Sequence record: SRR22947725_1729
DNA length: 35,042 nucleotides
Strand: one strand, 5' to 3'
In this document: one piece after another, positions 18,970-27,777 of the stretch
How the letters are laid out: each line of letters starts with the position of its first letter
How positions within the stretch are numbered: position 1 is the first letter of the stretch
Program-made: the position numbers and the translations under genes
The notes under the pieces: model-generated
The model's database searches: none
The model's input: only the letters and a program-made list of their open reading frames with translations
Told to the model about the DNA's origin: nothing

Positions 18970-20307
18970 ATGATCTCCAATCTCAACATATCACGTCGAT
19001 CTTTTCTGCGAAAAGCGATCCTCACCGCAACAGCGACATCCACACTCCCTCACTGGTATCAGGAGGAATTATTGGCAGCGCCGCAAACATCCTCAACAGC
19101 AAGCGCGAATGGCAAGCCCAATGTTGCCTTGATCGGTTGTGGTGGCATGGGAAGGTATGATGCCCGCCTGGCCTCGAAGTTTGGTAACATCGTTGCATTA
19201 TGTGATCTCGATCAGCAACGCCTCTCTGAAACCAGAACAAAGGATTTCCCTAAAGCAACATTATATGATGATTTCAGAAAAGTCGTTGAACTTGATTCGA
19301 TCGATGCGGTCATTTGCGGGACAGTGGATCATTGGCACACGATGGTGTCGATTGCAGCCATGCGGGCAGGCAAGGATGTTTATTGTGAAAAGCCACTGAC
19401 CTTGACAATAGATGAAGGCAAGCGCCTGGTAAGCACATCGAAAGCAACCAGCAAAATCCTACAGACAGGGAGTCAGCAACGAAGTGACGCCAGATTCCGC
19501 TTAGCCTGTGAATTGGTAAGAAACGGTAGAATCGGTAAAGTCAAAAAAGTGAAGGTTTTTCTGCCAGCCGGAAGAAACGAAGGACCTTTTGCTTCAAGCG
19601 ATGTGCCAAAAAATCTGGACTGGGAATTCTGGAAGGGACAGACACCTGATGTACCATACGTGAAGGAACGTACGCATGGATCATTTCGATATTGGTATGA
19701 TTATTCAGGAGGCACCATGACCGATTGGGGCGCACACCATCATGATATCGTTCTCTGGGGACTCGGATTAGACCGCAGTGGCCCGATATCCATTGAGGGA
19801 AAGTCAAAAGTGAGCATGATAGAGGGTGGTTTCTCCGCAGCGAGTGAATACAAAATCCATTACAACTATGCCAACGGAGTGCAACACACAACCGAAAGCA
19901 CCGCGGACGACAACCCTTCCGGAGGGCTCATCCGTGAACAGGGTAAACGCCACGGAATCATGTTTGAAGGTACGGAGGGATGGATTTGGGTAACACGAGG
20001 GAAAATCAAGGCGAGCGATCAGGACTTATTGGATACTCCCCTCCCCTCAAATGCGAAAAGGCTTTACCACAGCGACAACCACATGGGTAATTTCTTTGAA
20101 TGTATCTCAACTCGCAAACAACCCATCTGCAATGTGGAAATCGGGCACCGTTCTGCTTCTGTCTGCCATCTTGGAGTGATCGCGATGAGACTTGGAAGAA
20201 AACTGAACTGGAATCCCGAAACGGAAAGATTCATCAACAATGAAGATGCGAATCACTGGCTCGCGAGAACAATGCGACGCGGATGGGGTTATGAATTCAT
20301 TGCATGA
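18970..20307 (+). CDS. Tat-exported Gfo/Idh/MocA family oxidoreductase
   Basis: SRRSFL Tat motif, IGCGGMG, DHWH, YCEKP, GSQQRS, DWGAHH.D. True start is ATG 18970; the 18838 start overlaps the WD40 gene. Confidence 0.93.
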   Translation: MISNLNISRRSFLRKAILTATATSTLPHWYQEELLAAPQTSSTASANGKPNVALIGCGGMGRYDARLASKFGNIVALCDLDQQRLSETRTKDFPKATLYDDFRKVVELDSIDAVICGTVDHWHTMVSIAAMRAGKDVYCEKPLTLTIDEGKRLVSTSKATSKILQTGSQQRSDARFRLACELVRNGRIGKVKKVKVFLPAGRNEGPFASSDVPKNLDWEFWKGQTPDVPYVKERTHGSFRYWYDYSGGTMTDWGAHHHDIVLWGLGLDRSGPISIEGKSKVSMIEGGFSAASEYKIHYNYANGVQHTTESTADDNPSGGLIREQGKRHGIMFEGTEGWIWVTRGKIKASDQDLLDTPLPSNAKRLYHSDNHMGNFFECISTRKQPICNVEIGHRSASVCHLGVIAMRLGRKLNWNPETERFINNEDANHWLARTMRRGWGYEFIA

Positions 20308-20336
20308 TGATTACAGATACTTATTTTCATGGCGAC

Positions 20337-20768
20337 TCAGCCAATCCGGAAAGAGATACGTTGTATCATCTCTTTGCCGAAGCAGTTTTGGAGGCGTTCG
20401 AGGATTTCCTCACGCCGATACCTTACAATTTCGCTTAGCCAGACACTGTTGTCCACGTTGACGAATAGAGTACCTTTGCGGATTCCGACCGGTTGGGCAT
20501 GAGCTGTCAACGTGGGATCGATGAGGTGGGTCCACGCTTTCAGTATTTGCGATTCAGAGGTTCGCTGATCCAAACGCAATGTTTTCAATGCTTTGTTCAC
20601 CAGGTCAGAGGTCTGGTTCGGTTTGAACTGTGCCAGCTTTTCCTGGTCATCGCAACTTGCCCGCCGCCATTCACGAAGCACCTGATCGCAACCAGCTGAT
20701 CGCTTTGGGGTTCGCTTTCTTTGCCTTGCGTTCTGCTTGGACACATTCGATGATTGAGCCTTGTTCAT
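20337..20768 (-). CDS. DUF721 / DciA family protein (putative replicative helicase loader)
   Basis: AW..LI...L.AHAQP......TL.V.V.NSVWL.E......EIL.RL......I..I.FRIG. Start is ATG 20768 or GTG 20795. Confidence 0.85.
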   Translation of the reverse strand: MNKAQSSNVSKQNARQRKRTPKRSAGCDQVLREWRRASCDDQEKLAQFKPNQTSDLVNKALKTLRLDQRTSESQILKAWTHLIDPTLTAHAQPVGIRKGTLFVNVDNSVWLSEIVRYRREEILERLQNCFGKEMIQRISFRIG

Positions 20769-20911
20769 TCGCTTGAAGAATACATCAAGTTCCACAGCAT
20801 GCGAACCTTGAAAATGAAATGAAAAAAATCCCTACCCCAACTGATCCTATCCACAGGCAAAAACCCATGCCTGTCACGTCCACTGCATTCAAGTCGCATC
20901 AGGCATAGCTC

Positions 20912-21928
20912 ATGATGGATTGGATTGAATTGCTGCACCGATTGTGGCCATGGGAGGCAAGCCTGATCCTCTGGTTACAGCATTTACCGGATGCATTTAT
21001 CCTCAGCATGCGTTGGATCAGTGAGTTGGGACATTCGCCTTTCATGCTGTCACTCATCCTTTTTGCTTACTGGGGATGGAAAGAAGAAGCAGGGATTCAG
21101 TTGACAAAATTTTTGACCTTGAGCGGAGTCGTGATGAGTTTATCAAAAGACCTGCTGCTCGCCCCTCGTCCCTTCTGGGTGCATCCTGAAATCCAGACTC
21201 TAGGGAAAGCGGGAGGATTCGGCATGCCGTCGGGCCACGCAATGATGGCCTGTGTCTGGCTGATAGTGATGGCTCACTGTCAATCCAAGCCAGTGCGATG
21301 CATCGGATGGAGCGTCATTCTGTTGACGGGACTCTCTCGTGTGGCCCTTGGACTGCATAGTCCACTGCAAGTCGTGGCAGGATGGATGATTGGAGTGGTG
21401 ATATTTGTGGGAATTGTCTTCAAGTTCTTCCATCCAAAACCCGTTCGTCCGGCATACACACAAGAAGCAGTGCGCGATACCATCATGATCAGTCTGCTGA
21501 CCTTGCTAGCCTTTGCGATTTACAAATTCAACCTCCATTGGCAAGCGCCTGAAAACTGGCTGTCTAATCTTCAGGAAAAAGGATTGAGCACTGAAATCAT
21601 ACGTCCTCCCTCGGCGAGAGGATGCGTGATTTACCTTTCGTGCTATGCAAGCCTGGTGTTTTGGCAGTGGATTCGATCAAGTCGAATGCCAAAATTGAAA
21701 CTCAACGGAACGGTGGGGCAACGCGCAGGTCGAGTGAGTATTGGGTTATTGTTGGGCGTTTTTTCCTATTACGTTTACCAGTCTCAGAAAACCGCTGTTC
21801 CGGGTTTTTACGGCATTCCCAATCCAATGCTGGTCTTGCTGGCAGGATGCGCCACTTTCCTGCTGGTAATTGGGTTTCCCTGGCTCTTTGACCGAATCCA
21901 TCTTAATTCAGAAAAACCCCTAAGTTAA
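20912..21928 (+). CDS. PAP2 family membrane phosphatase
   Basis: K......RP, PSGHA and SR..LG.H...QV..G motifs; multiple TM helices. Confidence 0.92.
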   Translation: MMDWIELLHRLWPWEASLILWLQHLPDAFILSMRWISELGHSPFMLSLILFAYWGWKEEAGIQLTKFLTLSGVVMSLSKDLLLAPRPFWVHPEIQTLGKAGGFGMPSGHAMMACVWLIVMAHCQSKPVRCIGWSVILLTGLSRVALGLHSPLQVVAGWMIGVVIFVGIVFKFFHPKPVRPAYTQEAVRDTIMISLLTLLAFAIYKFNLHWQAPENWLSNLQEKGLSTEIIRPPSARGCVIYLSCYASLVFWQWIRSSRMPKLKLNGTVGQRAGRVSIGLLLGVFSYYVYQSQKTAVPGFYGIPNPMLVLLAGCATFLLVIGFPWLFDRIHLNSEKPLS

Positions 21929-23071
21929 GGCCAGAAACTGTTCCAACTCAGAGAATGTATTGTAAAAATGAGGTGATAAACGAATAAAATGGTTTCCATC
22001 TCGATCCGTTCTCAAGGAGGTTTGACATTTTTTTTCCTTCAGGCTTTGGTGCAATAGTGACATGTCATCCCCATCGCGATGGAAAGTAACGATACCGCTT
22101 GAGTTTGCCTCGGGAACTTCGGCATGCAGAACCTGATAGCCTTTTTCAATCAGAATCGATGATAGGAATTTACGTTTTTCCAACAAATCTTTGGCAATGG
22201 ATTCAACACCTAATTGCTGGAGCATTGAGAGCGAAGCCTTCAGACCAGCAAGCCCCATCAGGTTATGACTTCCAGCCTCATATCTTCGTGCATCATCTCT
22301 TAATTCAAACTCTTCGGAAGCAACAAAATCAGGGCAGGAAACATTGTGCCAACCAAAAGTGGTTGGTTGTAACAATGTTTGCATTGTTTTTTTAACAACC
22401 ATCAAGCCCGCAGCACAGGGACCAAGCATCCACTTATGCGCGTCGGCTGCCATGAAATCCACATGTTGGAGTGGCGTTGGAAATGCCCCAATCGTTTGAA
22501 TGGCATCCAGACAAAAAGCAATGCCTCGGTCCTTGAGGATTTTCCCGATGGCATCAACTTCAATTCGGAATCCACTGAGAAAATGACAGGAAGCAAGAGC
22601 GACCATGCGGGTGTTCTCATCGATTTGCCCTAAAATATCCTGAGGACGGATCAGTCCCGGTTTCGGTACATTGAGGAAGCGTACCCCGACTCCCCATTCG
22701 GACAAAGCCATCCAAGGATAAACATTGGAAGGATAATCATCGAAATAAACAAGGACCTCATCATTTTTCTGCCAGGAAAAACCGGTCGCAATGAAACTCA
22801 AAGCGAGGCTGGTTGGACCTACCAGAGCGATTTCATTCGCTCCCACCCCTAGAAACTGACTCGCAAGCGCCCGAGTTTCTGCAATCAGGAGTCCCGCCTG
22901 ATCTTCCTGATCACCCAGTTCACATGCAGAAGCATAGGTTTGAATGGCCTTGGAGACGCTCGCAGGGACAGGGCAAACGGCAGCATGTGCCAGAAAGGTC
23001 TGATCCCTGCATATTGGAAACTCTTTTCGACGCAACGATTCGTCAGATTGTATTTCTTCTAAGGTCCACAT
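21920..23071 (-). CDS. PLP-dependent class V aminotransferase-fold enzyme (C-S lyase-like)
   Basis: R.EFP, YPSN.YPW, DAIQ..G, AHKW, RRYEAG, R.SPHFYN; overlaps the PAP2 3' end by 9 bp. Confidence 0.9.
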   Translation of the reverse strand: MWTLEEIQSDESLRRKEFPICRDQTFLAHAAVCPVPASVSKAIQTYASACELGDQEDQAGLLIAETRALASQFLGVGANEIALVGPTSLALSFIATGFSWQKNDEVLVYFDDYPSNVYPWMALSEWGVGVRFLNVPKPGLIRPQDILGQIDENTRMVALASCHFLSGFRIEVDAIGKILKDRGIAFCLDAIQTIGAFPTPLQHVDFMAADAHKWMLGPCAAGLMVVKKTMQTLLQPTTFGWHNVSCPDFVASEEFELRDDARRYEAGSHNLMGLAGLKASLSMLQQLGVESIAKDLLEKRKFLSSILIEKGYQVLHAEVPEANSSGIVTFHRDGDDMSLLHQSLKEKKCQTSLRTDRDGNHFIRLSPHFYNTFSELEQFLALT

Positions 23072-23089
23072 AGGCCCTTTATCAAGAGG

Positions 23090-24091
23090 CTAGATATCAG
23101 CCGAGTCAAGTACACCGTTGAAGTACCCAGTCCAGAAAGAAATAATGTAGTAGGCCAGCACAAGAAGTATCCCAAAGTAAATCAACCTTGGTAACCATTG
23201 TGAAAAGGTGCGAAGTTTTCGATTACCCTCCTCTTCATATACTTTCCTCAATCGAGTCAGGTTTTCATCCAGGCGTCCTGAAGCTTCGCCACTGGTATAG
23301 GACATTCTAAACAACTCTGGAAAGAAGGAGGCGGAATCCAACCACTCGGATGGAGTTTGACCACAATCCATCGCATCGGGAAAGGAGCTTACTTCTGCAA
23401 TCAAGGACGGTGACCCACTCGCATCTGCAGCCGTGATCCAGGCGTTGGAAACTGAAACACCAGCATTGAGCAGGGATTCTAATGCCAGGCAGAATCGTGA
23501 TAATGCCAGGGATTTTAATGCCGCTCCAAGAAACGGTACAAATCGAATCATTGCTTCAATCATTCGCCGCCAGCTTGATCCTCTTGTTCCACTGGAAGCC
23601 CACGAAAGGGCAAACAGAGCCATGTAAATCGGAATCAGAACACCTAAAGTCGCTGACAAATACGCAGCAAGATTGCCTGATTGAAACAGCGCTGGAAAAG
23701 GGATGATGAAAACTGCGAAATGAAAGATAAAGGCTGGATACGCAAGAGTGCCTCGAAATTCACGGATGTTATCTGCCCGACCACTGTAATACTTAGAAAG
23801 CAGTCTGAAGCAAACGTCCAGTCGCCCTGAATTCTCTCCTGCATGTAGAAGAGCTAGATCAAAATCTGGCACTTCTCCCCTTGAATGAGAGACAGCTTCA
23901 GCAAAGGTTTCTCCACGACCAATCGCCTCGCGCCAACCCTTCAGGCGCTGTTGGTAGGCACGGAACCCTTTTGAACGGTCGAGAGTTTCAAGGCTTTGCG
24001 GCAAAGAAAGACCAGCTTCGCACATGGTGCCAAGCTGGTGATAAAATTCAGATTGTTGGGCTGATGACCCTGCATTTAAAAGGAACGCCAT
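23090..24091 (-). CDS. Type II secretion system F / PilC family platform protein
   Basis: Two T2SSF repeats (L.TM..AGL.L..SL; AGE.SGRLD; LL.AGV; SGE.SGRLD..L.RL), LAYP, and TM helices. Confidence 0.9.
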   Translation of the reverse strand: MAFLLNAGSSAQQSEFYHQLGTMCEAGLSLPQSLETLDRSKGFRAYQQRLKGWREAIGRGETFAEAVSHSRGEVPDFDLALLHAGENSGRLDVCFRLLSKYYSGRADNIREFRGTLAYPAFIFHFAVFIIPFPALFQSGNLAAYLSATLGVLIPIYMALFALSWASSGTRGSSWRRMIEAMIRFVPFLGAALKSLALSRFCLALESLLNAGVSVSNAWITAADASGSPSLIAEVSSFPDAMDCGQTPSEWLDSASFFPELFRMSYTSGEASGRLDENLTRLRKVYEEEGNRKLRTFSQWLPRLIYFGILLVLAYYIISFWTGYFNGVLDSADI

Positions 24092-24146
24092 GATATTGGT
24101 TTCCGTGGCACTTCACGGAAAGACGAAGGTCGCTCCCCGAAATGAA

Positions 24147-24464
24147 TCAGTCTGCCATGCTGTCAATGCTGGTCTGTAAATCAGACTTGCTCTTCAGGCC
24201 GACGATCTGTTCTTGAATTTCCCCTCCCTTGAAGAGCAGAAGCGTGGGAATGGACCGTATTCCATATTTTACAGCGAGTTGCTGATTTTCATCAACATTG
24301 ACTTTGTAAATATTGATTTTGGACTCATTCTCGCTCGACAGTTCCTCGAGGACAGGGGTCAGCATCTTGCAGGGACCACACCATTCTGCCCAGAAATCAA
24401 CCAAGGCAGGAGAGGAAGATTGGATAACTTTTTCGTCGAAATTGGCTTCGTTAATACTTTCCAT
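24147..24464 (-). CDS. trxA: Thioredoxin
   Basis: VDFWAEWCGPCK, IRSIPTLLLFK; 105 aa. Confidence 0.98.
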   Translation of the reverse strand: MESINEANFDEKVIQSSSPALVDFWAEWCGPCKMLTPVLEELSSENESKINIYKVNVDENQQLAVKYGIRSIPTLLLFKGGEIQEQIVGLKSKSDLQTSIDSMAD

Positions 24465-24496
24465 GAATGAATATATAGTTCGATGAACAGGGGAGC

Positions 24497-24901
24497 TTAG
24501 AGGAAAAACAAGCGTACGGCGACAAGTAGGGTCACGATAGTGGCGGCAATGGCCAGACCTTTATCAGTCCCACTCACGGCAACTGCTGCTGCAGAAGCTC
24601 TTGGCGCCATGGCAGGTGAAGGCCTCACAGGAGATTTCCCTCCCATGGGAGGAGCCGCAGGTGCTGCCTTGGGTGCTGCTGAGGGTAGCTTTTGAGTTGA
24701 ACCAGCCACACCGCCCGCAGCCGCTGCTGGAGCCGCACCGGGTTTTGCACCTGCTATTGCCGAGGGTGCAGGAATTTTAACCGTTGGTGCCGCAGTAGGC
24801 TTTGGAGGAAGATTGATTCTTACCGTTTCCTTTTTGGGCTGCACATTGCCGCTGTCGGCGGGTGCCGCTCCACCTTGCGGAGTCTTTTGATCGTCTGCCA
24901 T
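24497..24901 (-). CDS. Hypothetical Pro/Ala-rich protein with a C-terminal TM anchor
   Basis: 134 aa ORF with a KKETVRINLPP motif, P/A/G-rich linker and hydrophobic C-terminus; promoter-like element upstream. Confidence 0.75.
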   Translation of the reverse strand: MADDQKTPQGGAAPADSGNVQPKKETVRINLPPKPTAAPTVKIPAPSAIAGAKPGAAPAAAAGGVAGSTQKLPSAAPKAAPAAPPMGGKSPVRPSPAMAPRASAAAVAVSGTDKGLAIAATIVTLLVAVRLFFL

Positions 24902-24924
24902 AAGTTTAAATTTTGATTGTCAGT

Positions 24925-24953
24925 AAAGTAATTATGCATCAATGGCCTGTCAA
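24925..24953 (-). promoter_or_regulatory. Putative sigma70 promoter for the hypothetical-trxA(-gspF) unit
   Basis: Minus strand: TTGACA (24953-24948), 17 bp spacer, TACTTT (24930-24925); 23 bp before the ATG. Confidence 0.55.
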
Positions 24954-25113
24954 TGCTCGTTTCGTCTATAATTAAAGCAAATACGCTGCCATTAAAGATA
25001 ATCGAAAGGGGATTTTGTTCTCTAATGGAGGCATACAGATGCTAAGCATTGCATTAGCCTTTCTTAAACGCGTATTGTGAATGGAATTCAATCTGAATTA
25101 AAGAAATCAAATC

Positions 25114-25827
25114 ATGTGCGCAACGGAAAAAAATAAAAAAGGGTGCCTGTTTTACGGGTGCCTGACGTCCATCGTACTCGGATTGGTCTTTTTTGTAGCG
25201 GCGCCGTTGGTGCTTTACTACGCATTCAATGCAGCCGCAGGCAAATTAGTCGAGAATTACACCGATGAAGATCCCATCCAATTACCAGAGGTAGTAATAG
25301 GGGAAGCTGAACTGTCGATACTGAAACAACGCGTCGAGCGATTCAGAAAAGCCATTCAGACCAAGGAAGCTTCTCCACCACTCGAACTCACTACCGAGGA
25401 AATCAATGCACTTATCTTCCATGATGCTCAGCTTGAAAAGCTCAAAGGAAGGGCTTACTTGAAAATCGAGGGAAATGCCCTGCAGGGACAGGTCAGTATT
25501 CCTCTGGATGAATTGAACCTTGGCTCGGATACGGGGCGATACGTTAACGGCACGGGTAGTTTTAAAATATCGGTTCGAGAAGGCAAGCTGTCGGTGATCA
25601 TCCAATCCATTGAAATCAAGGGCAAAACATTGCCCGCTGCGGTTCAAAATGTAATTGTTGGAGTGAATCTATTTGAAAAAGCGGAATTGGATCCGGAAAC
25701 CACGAAGCTTCTTGATCATTTGAAAACGTTCGAATTACGGAACGGCAAGTTGATCCTCGAACTCAACGAAAATCGCAAAGCCGAAATCGACGATGCATTG
25801 GATTTCAGTGGGGGTGATGAGCTTTGA
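25114..25827 (+). CDS. Hypothetical protein with an N-terminal membrane anchor
   Basis: KKGCLFYGCL followed by one TM helix and an alpha/beta soluble domain; 237 aa. Confidence 0.75.
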   Translation: MCATEKNKKGCLFYGCLTSIVLGLVFFVAAPLVLYYAFNAAAGKLVENYTDEDPIQLPEVVIGEAELSILKQRVERFRKAIQTKEASPPLELTTEEINALIFHDAQLEKLKGRAYLKIEGNALQGQVSIPLDELNLGSDTGRYVNGTGSFKISVREGKLSVIIQSIEIKGKTLPAAVQNVIVGVNLFEKAELDPETTKLLDHLKTFELRNGKLILELNENRKAEIDDALDFSGGDEL

Positions 25828-25852
25828 CTGCTGCAACTGAATCCAGGATCAA

Positions 25853-26794
25853 TTAAGGCCTCAAGGTCGCTAATTTTTGTCGTACCATTGCCGCTTGACC
25901 ACCTTCGATGATTTGCCAGCAGGCGAGCCCATTGCCTACTAAATCGAATTGATCAAATGACCATTGAATCTGCTTGTCGCGCGTGATTTCAAAAATTTGA
26001 GGATTGCCGGGACCCGCGTGGCAGTTCCCTACCATGAAATGACCGTTCTCCAGCTCTTCCAGACACGTTGTCCACTTCAACTCAATATCTGTTTTTGGCA
26101 CTTGCCCGTTGATTTCCCACACCACTTGTTTCTGCGGAGTAACTTCAAGGACACTGTTCCCCCCCCCTGAAGCAATAAGCGTATTGCCATTGCTCAGTCG
26201 AATAGCACCGTAGACCCGTGTGTTGATTACATAATCCCAGACGACATTTCCAGAACGGTCATATTCTATAACAACTCCCGGATTCTCAGAGCATACGAGG
26301 TAATTCCCATCAGAGGTCATTCTCATGAGACGAGTCGATTGCGTCCCCCCTTTTTTGAGTGGAAATGAGTGAACCAACTTTCCTGCTTGATCCACTTCGA
26401 GGATGCGCCCTATTCCACTTTCAGCGATGATGGTGTGACCATTGGGGAGTCGCTTGAATGCATGCACGTCCACTCTTTTACCTTCGTTCCCATTCATCGT
26501 CGCTGAGTCATAAGTCCACACGACTTTTTTATCCAGCGTGATTTCAGTCAAGGTAGTCCATGTATCGTGGAAAAGAATATTCCCATTTTCAAGCAACTGA
26601 AGATCGTGATGCCCTGTATGGCCCTTGTTTGGTCCTGCCGTCTTGTGGGACCAGAGCAGTTCGCCCTGGGAATCACAAATCGCCAATATGTTCTTCCCAT
26701 AGGATGCCCCGACGAGAACCAACCTTTCGGCTTGGGCAAAAGAAATTGAACATAACAAGGATAAGATAATGAGCGCGGCCCCGTTGATTTTCAT
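25853..26794 (-). CDS. Secreted beta-propeller repeat protein (PQQ-like / arylsulfotransferase-like repeats)
   Basis: Signal peptide (AQA), repeated RL.NG.TL.....N..LE.T..K.VVW units. Confidence 0.8.
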   Translation of the reverse strand: MKINGAALIILSLLCSISFAQAERLVLVGASYGKNILAICDSQGELLWSHKTAGPNKGHTGHHDLQLLENGNILFHDTWTTLTEITLDKKVVWTYDSATMNGNEGKRVDVHAFKRLPNGHTIIAESGIGRILEVDQAGKLVHSFPLKKGGTQSTRLMRMTSDGNYLVCSENPGVVIEYDRSGNVVWDYVINTRVYGAIRLSNGNTLIASGGGNSVLEVTPQKQVVWEINGQVPKTDIELKWTTCLEELENGHFMVGNCHAGPGNPQIFEITRDKQIQWSFDQFDLVGNGLACWQIIEGGQAAMVRQKLATLRP

Positions 26795-26862
26795 GGATAT
26801 CAGTATTTATCAGGGTGACCCCAGGGATTCAGCCTTGGGATTTCAGTGAACTTGTTGTGTGC

Positions 26863-26902
26863 AAAAGACCAGACAGGCGTTGTTAAACGTCGGTCCGGTC
26901 TT
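26863..26902 (-). terminator. Candidate intrinsic terminator / long hairpin after the 26934..27653 gene
   Basis: Minus strand AAGACCGGAC...GTCTGGTCTT stem ending in TTTT. Confidence 0.55.
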
Positions 26903-26933
26903 CAAATGAAGTTTAATGAAGCAGGGAAATCAG

Positions 26934-27653
26934 TTACTTCTTGGCCTTGGTTGCCGACCAGTTTCCTTTAGCCACTTCTTCGTTGAAATCATCGTAATAT
27001 TTCCACTCGCCGACCAACTTCTGGGCAGCTGAGAGTTTCGCAGCTATTTTGACTGTGCCTCCGCCAAAAGGAATTTCCATTTTCAGCCCGTTCTTAAGCA
27101 CTTTGACACGGTTGTAATTTGTTTCGCCATCGTCCGTGGAAGCCAGAGCAGAAAAACCCGAGCCTGATTTTTTAACGATCATAGCATGCTCCATGAGATC
27201 CTGGTCGGTTTCTGCCACAACATCCCATTTACCAGCAAAGACAGGTGGGAGAGAACGGACAGCTTTCCAATCATTGGACATCTGCTCAACCCCATCCTCA
27301 GAACGAACAAACCATTTCCCCGATAAACTGCCGTCCTTCTGCAAATCTGCTTTGGCGCCTATGACTCCCTTGTTGCCATCTCTTTCAAAATCAAAAGCGA
27401 TGGCTAATGTTTTACCATCCAGCTCAACGCGATCCATGTCCTGCTTGACCCCTTCTTCATTGACCATGCTTACGGCCCACTTATCGCCATTTTTCCGAAT
27501 GGTAAAAACTGAATCACGTGATTCAAATTCATCAATGGAAGCGGACGCATCCCATTTGCCTGCAAGATTGACTGTGGCTTTGTGGTGATCGGCATTAAGA
27601 GTACTGCAAAAAACACAGAACACTCCGGCTAGTGAGTAGATTAATTTTTTCAT
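26934..27653 (-). CDS. Secreted protein with two tandem beta-rich domains
   Basis: Signal peptide MKKLI...LNA; two ~100 aa repeats starting [LF]AGKWD and ending L.G.W...W.A.[RK]. Confidence 0.8.
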   Translation of the reverse strand: MKKLIYSLAGVFCVFCSTLNADHHKATVNLAGKWDASASIDEFESRDSVFTIRKNGDKWAVSMVNEEGVKQDMDRVELDGKTLAIAFDFERDGNKGVIGAKADLQKDGSLSGKWFVRSEDGVEQMSNDWKAVRSLPPVFAGKWDVVAETDQDLMEHAMIVKKSGSGFSALASTDDGETNYNRVKVLKNGLKMEIPFGGGTVKIAAKLSAAQKLVGEWKYYDDFNEEVAKGNWSATKAKK

Positions 27654-27777
27654 GGTTTGAAATATAGTTCACAAGCCAGGGCAAAAAGACCAGTAAAACC
27701 TGATAAAAAATCATGAACTGAAAATTCGCTTCTAATCAAAAGTTGCAGCGTTGCATGCCAGGTGAGGGTTTGGCAGG

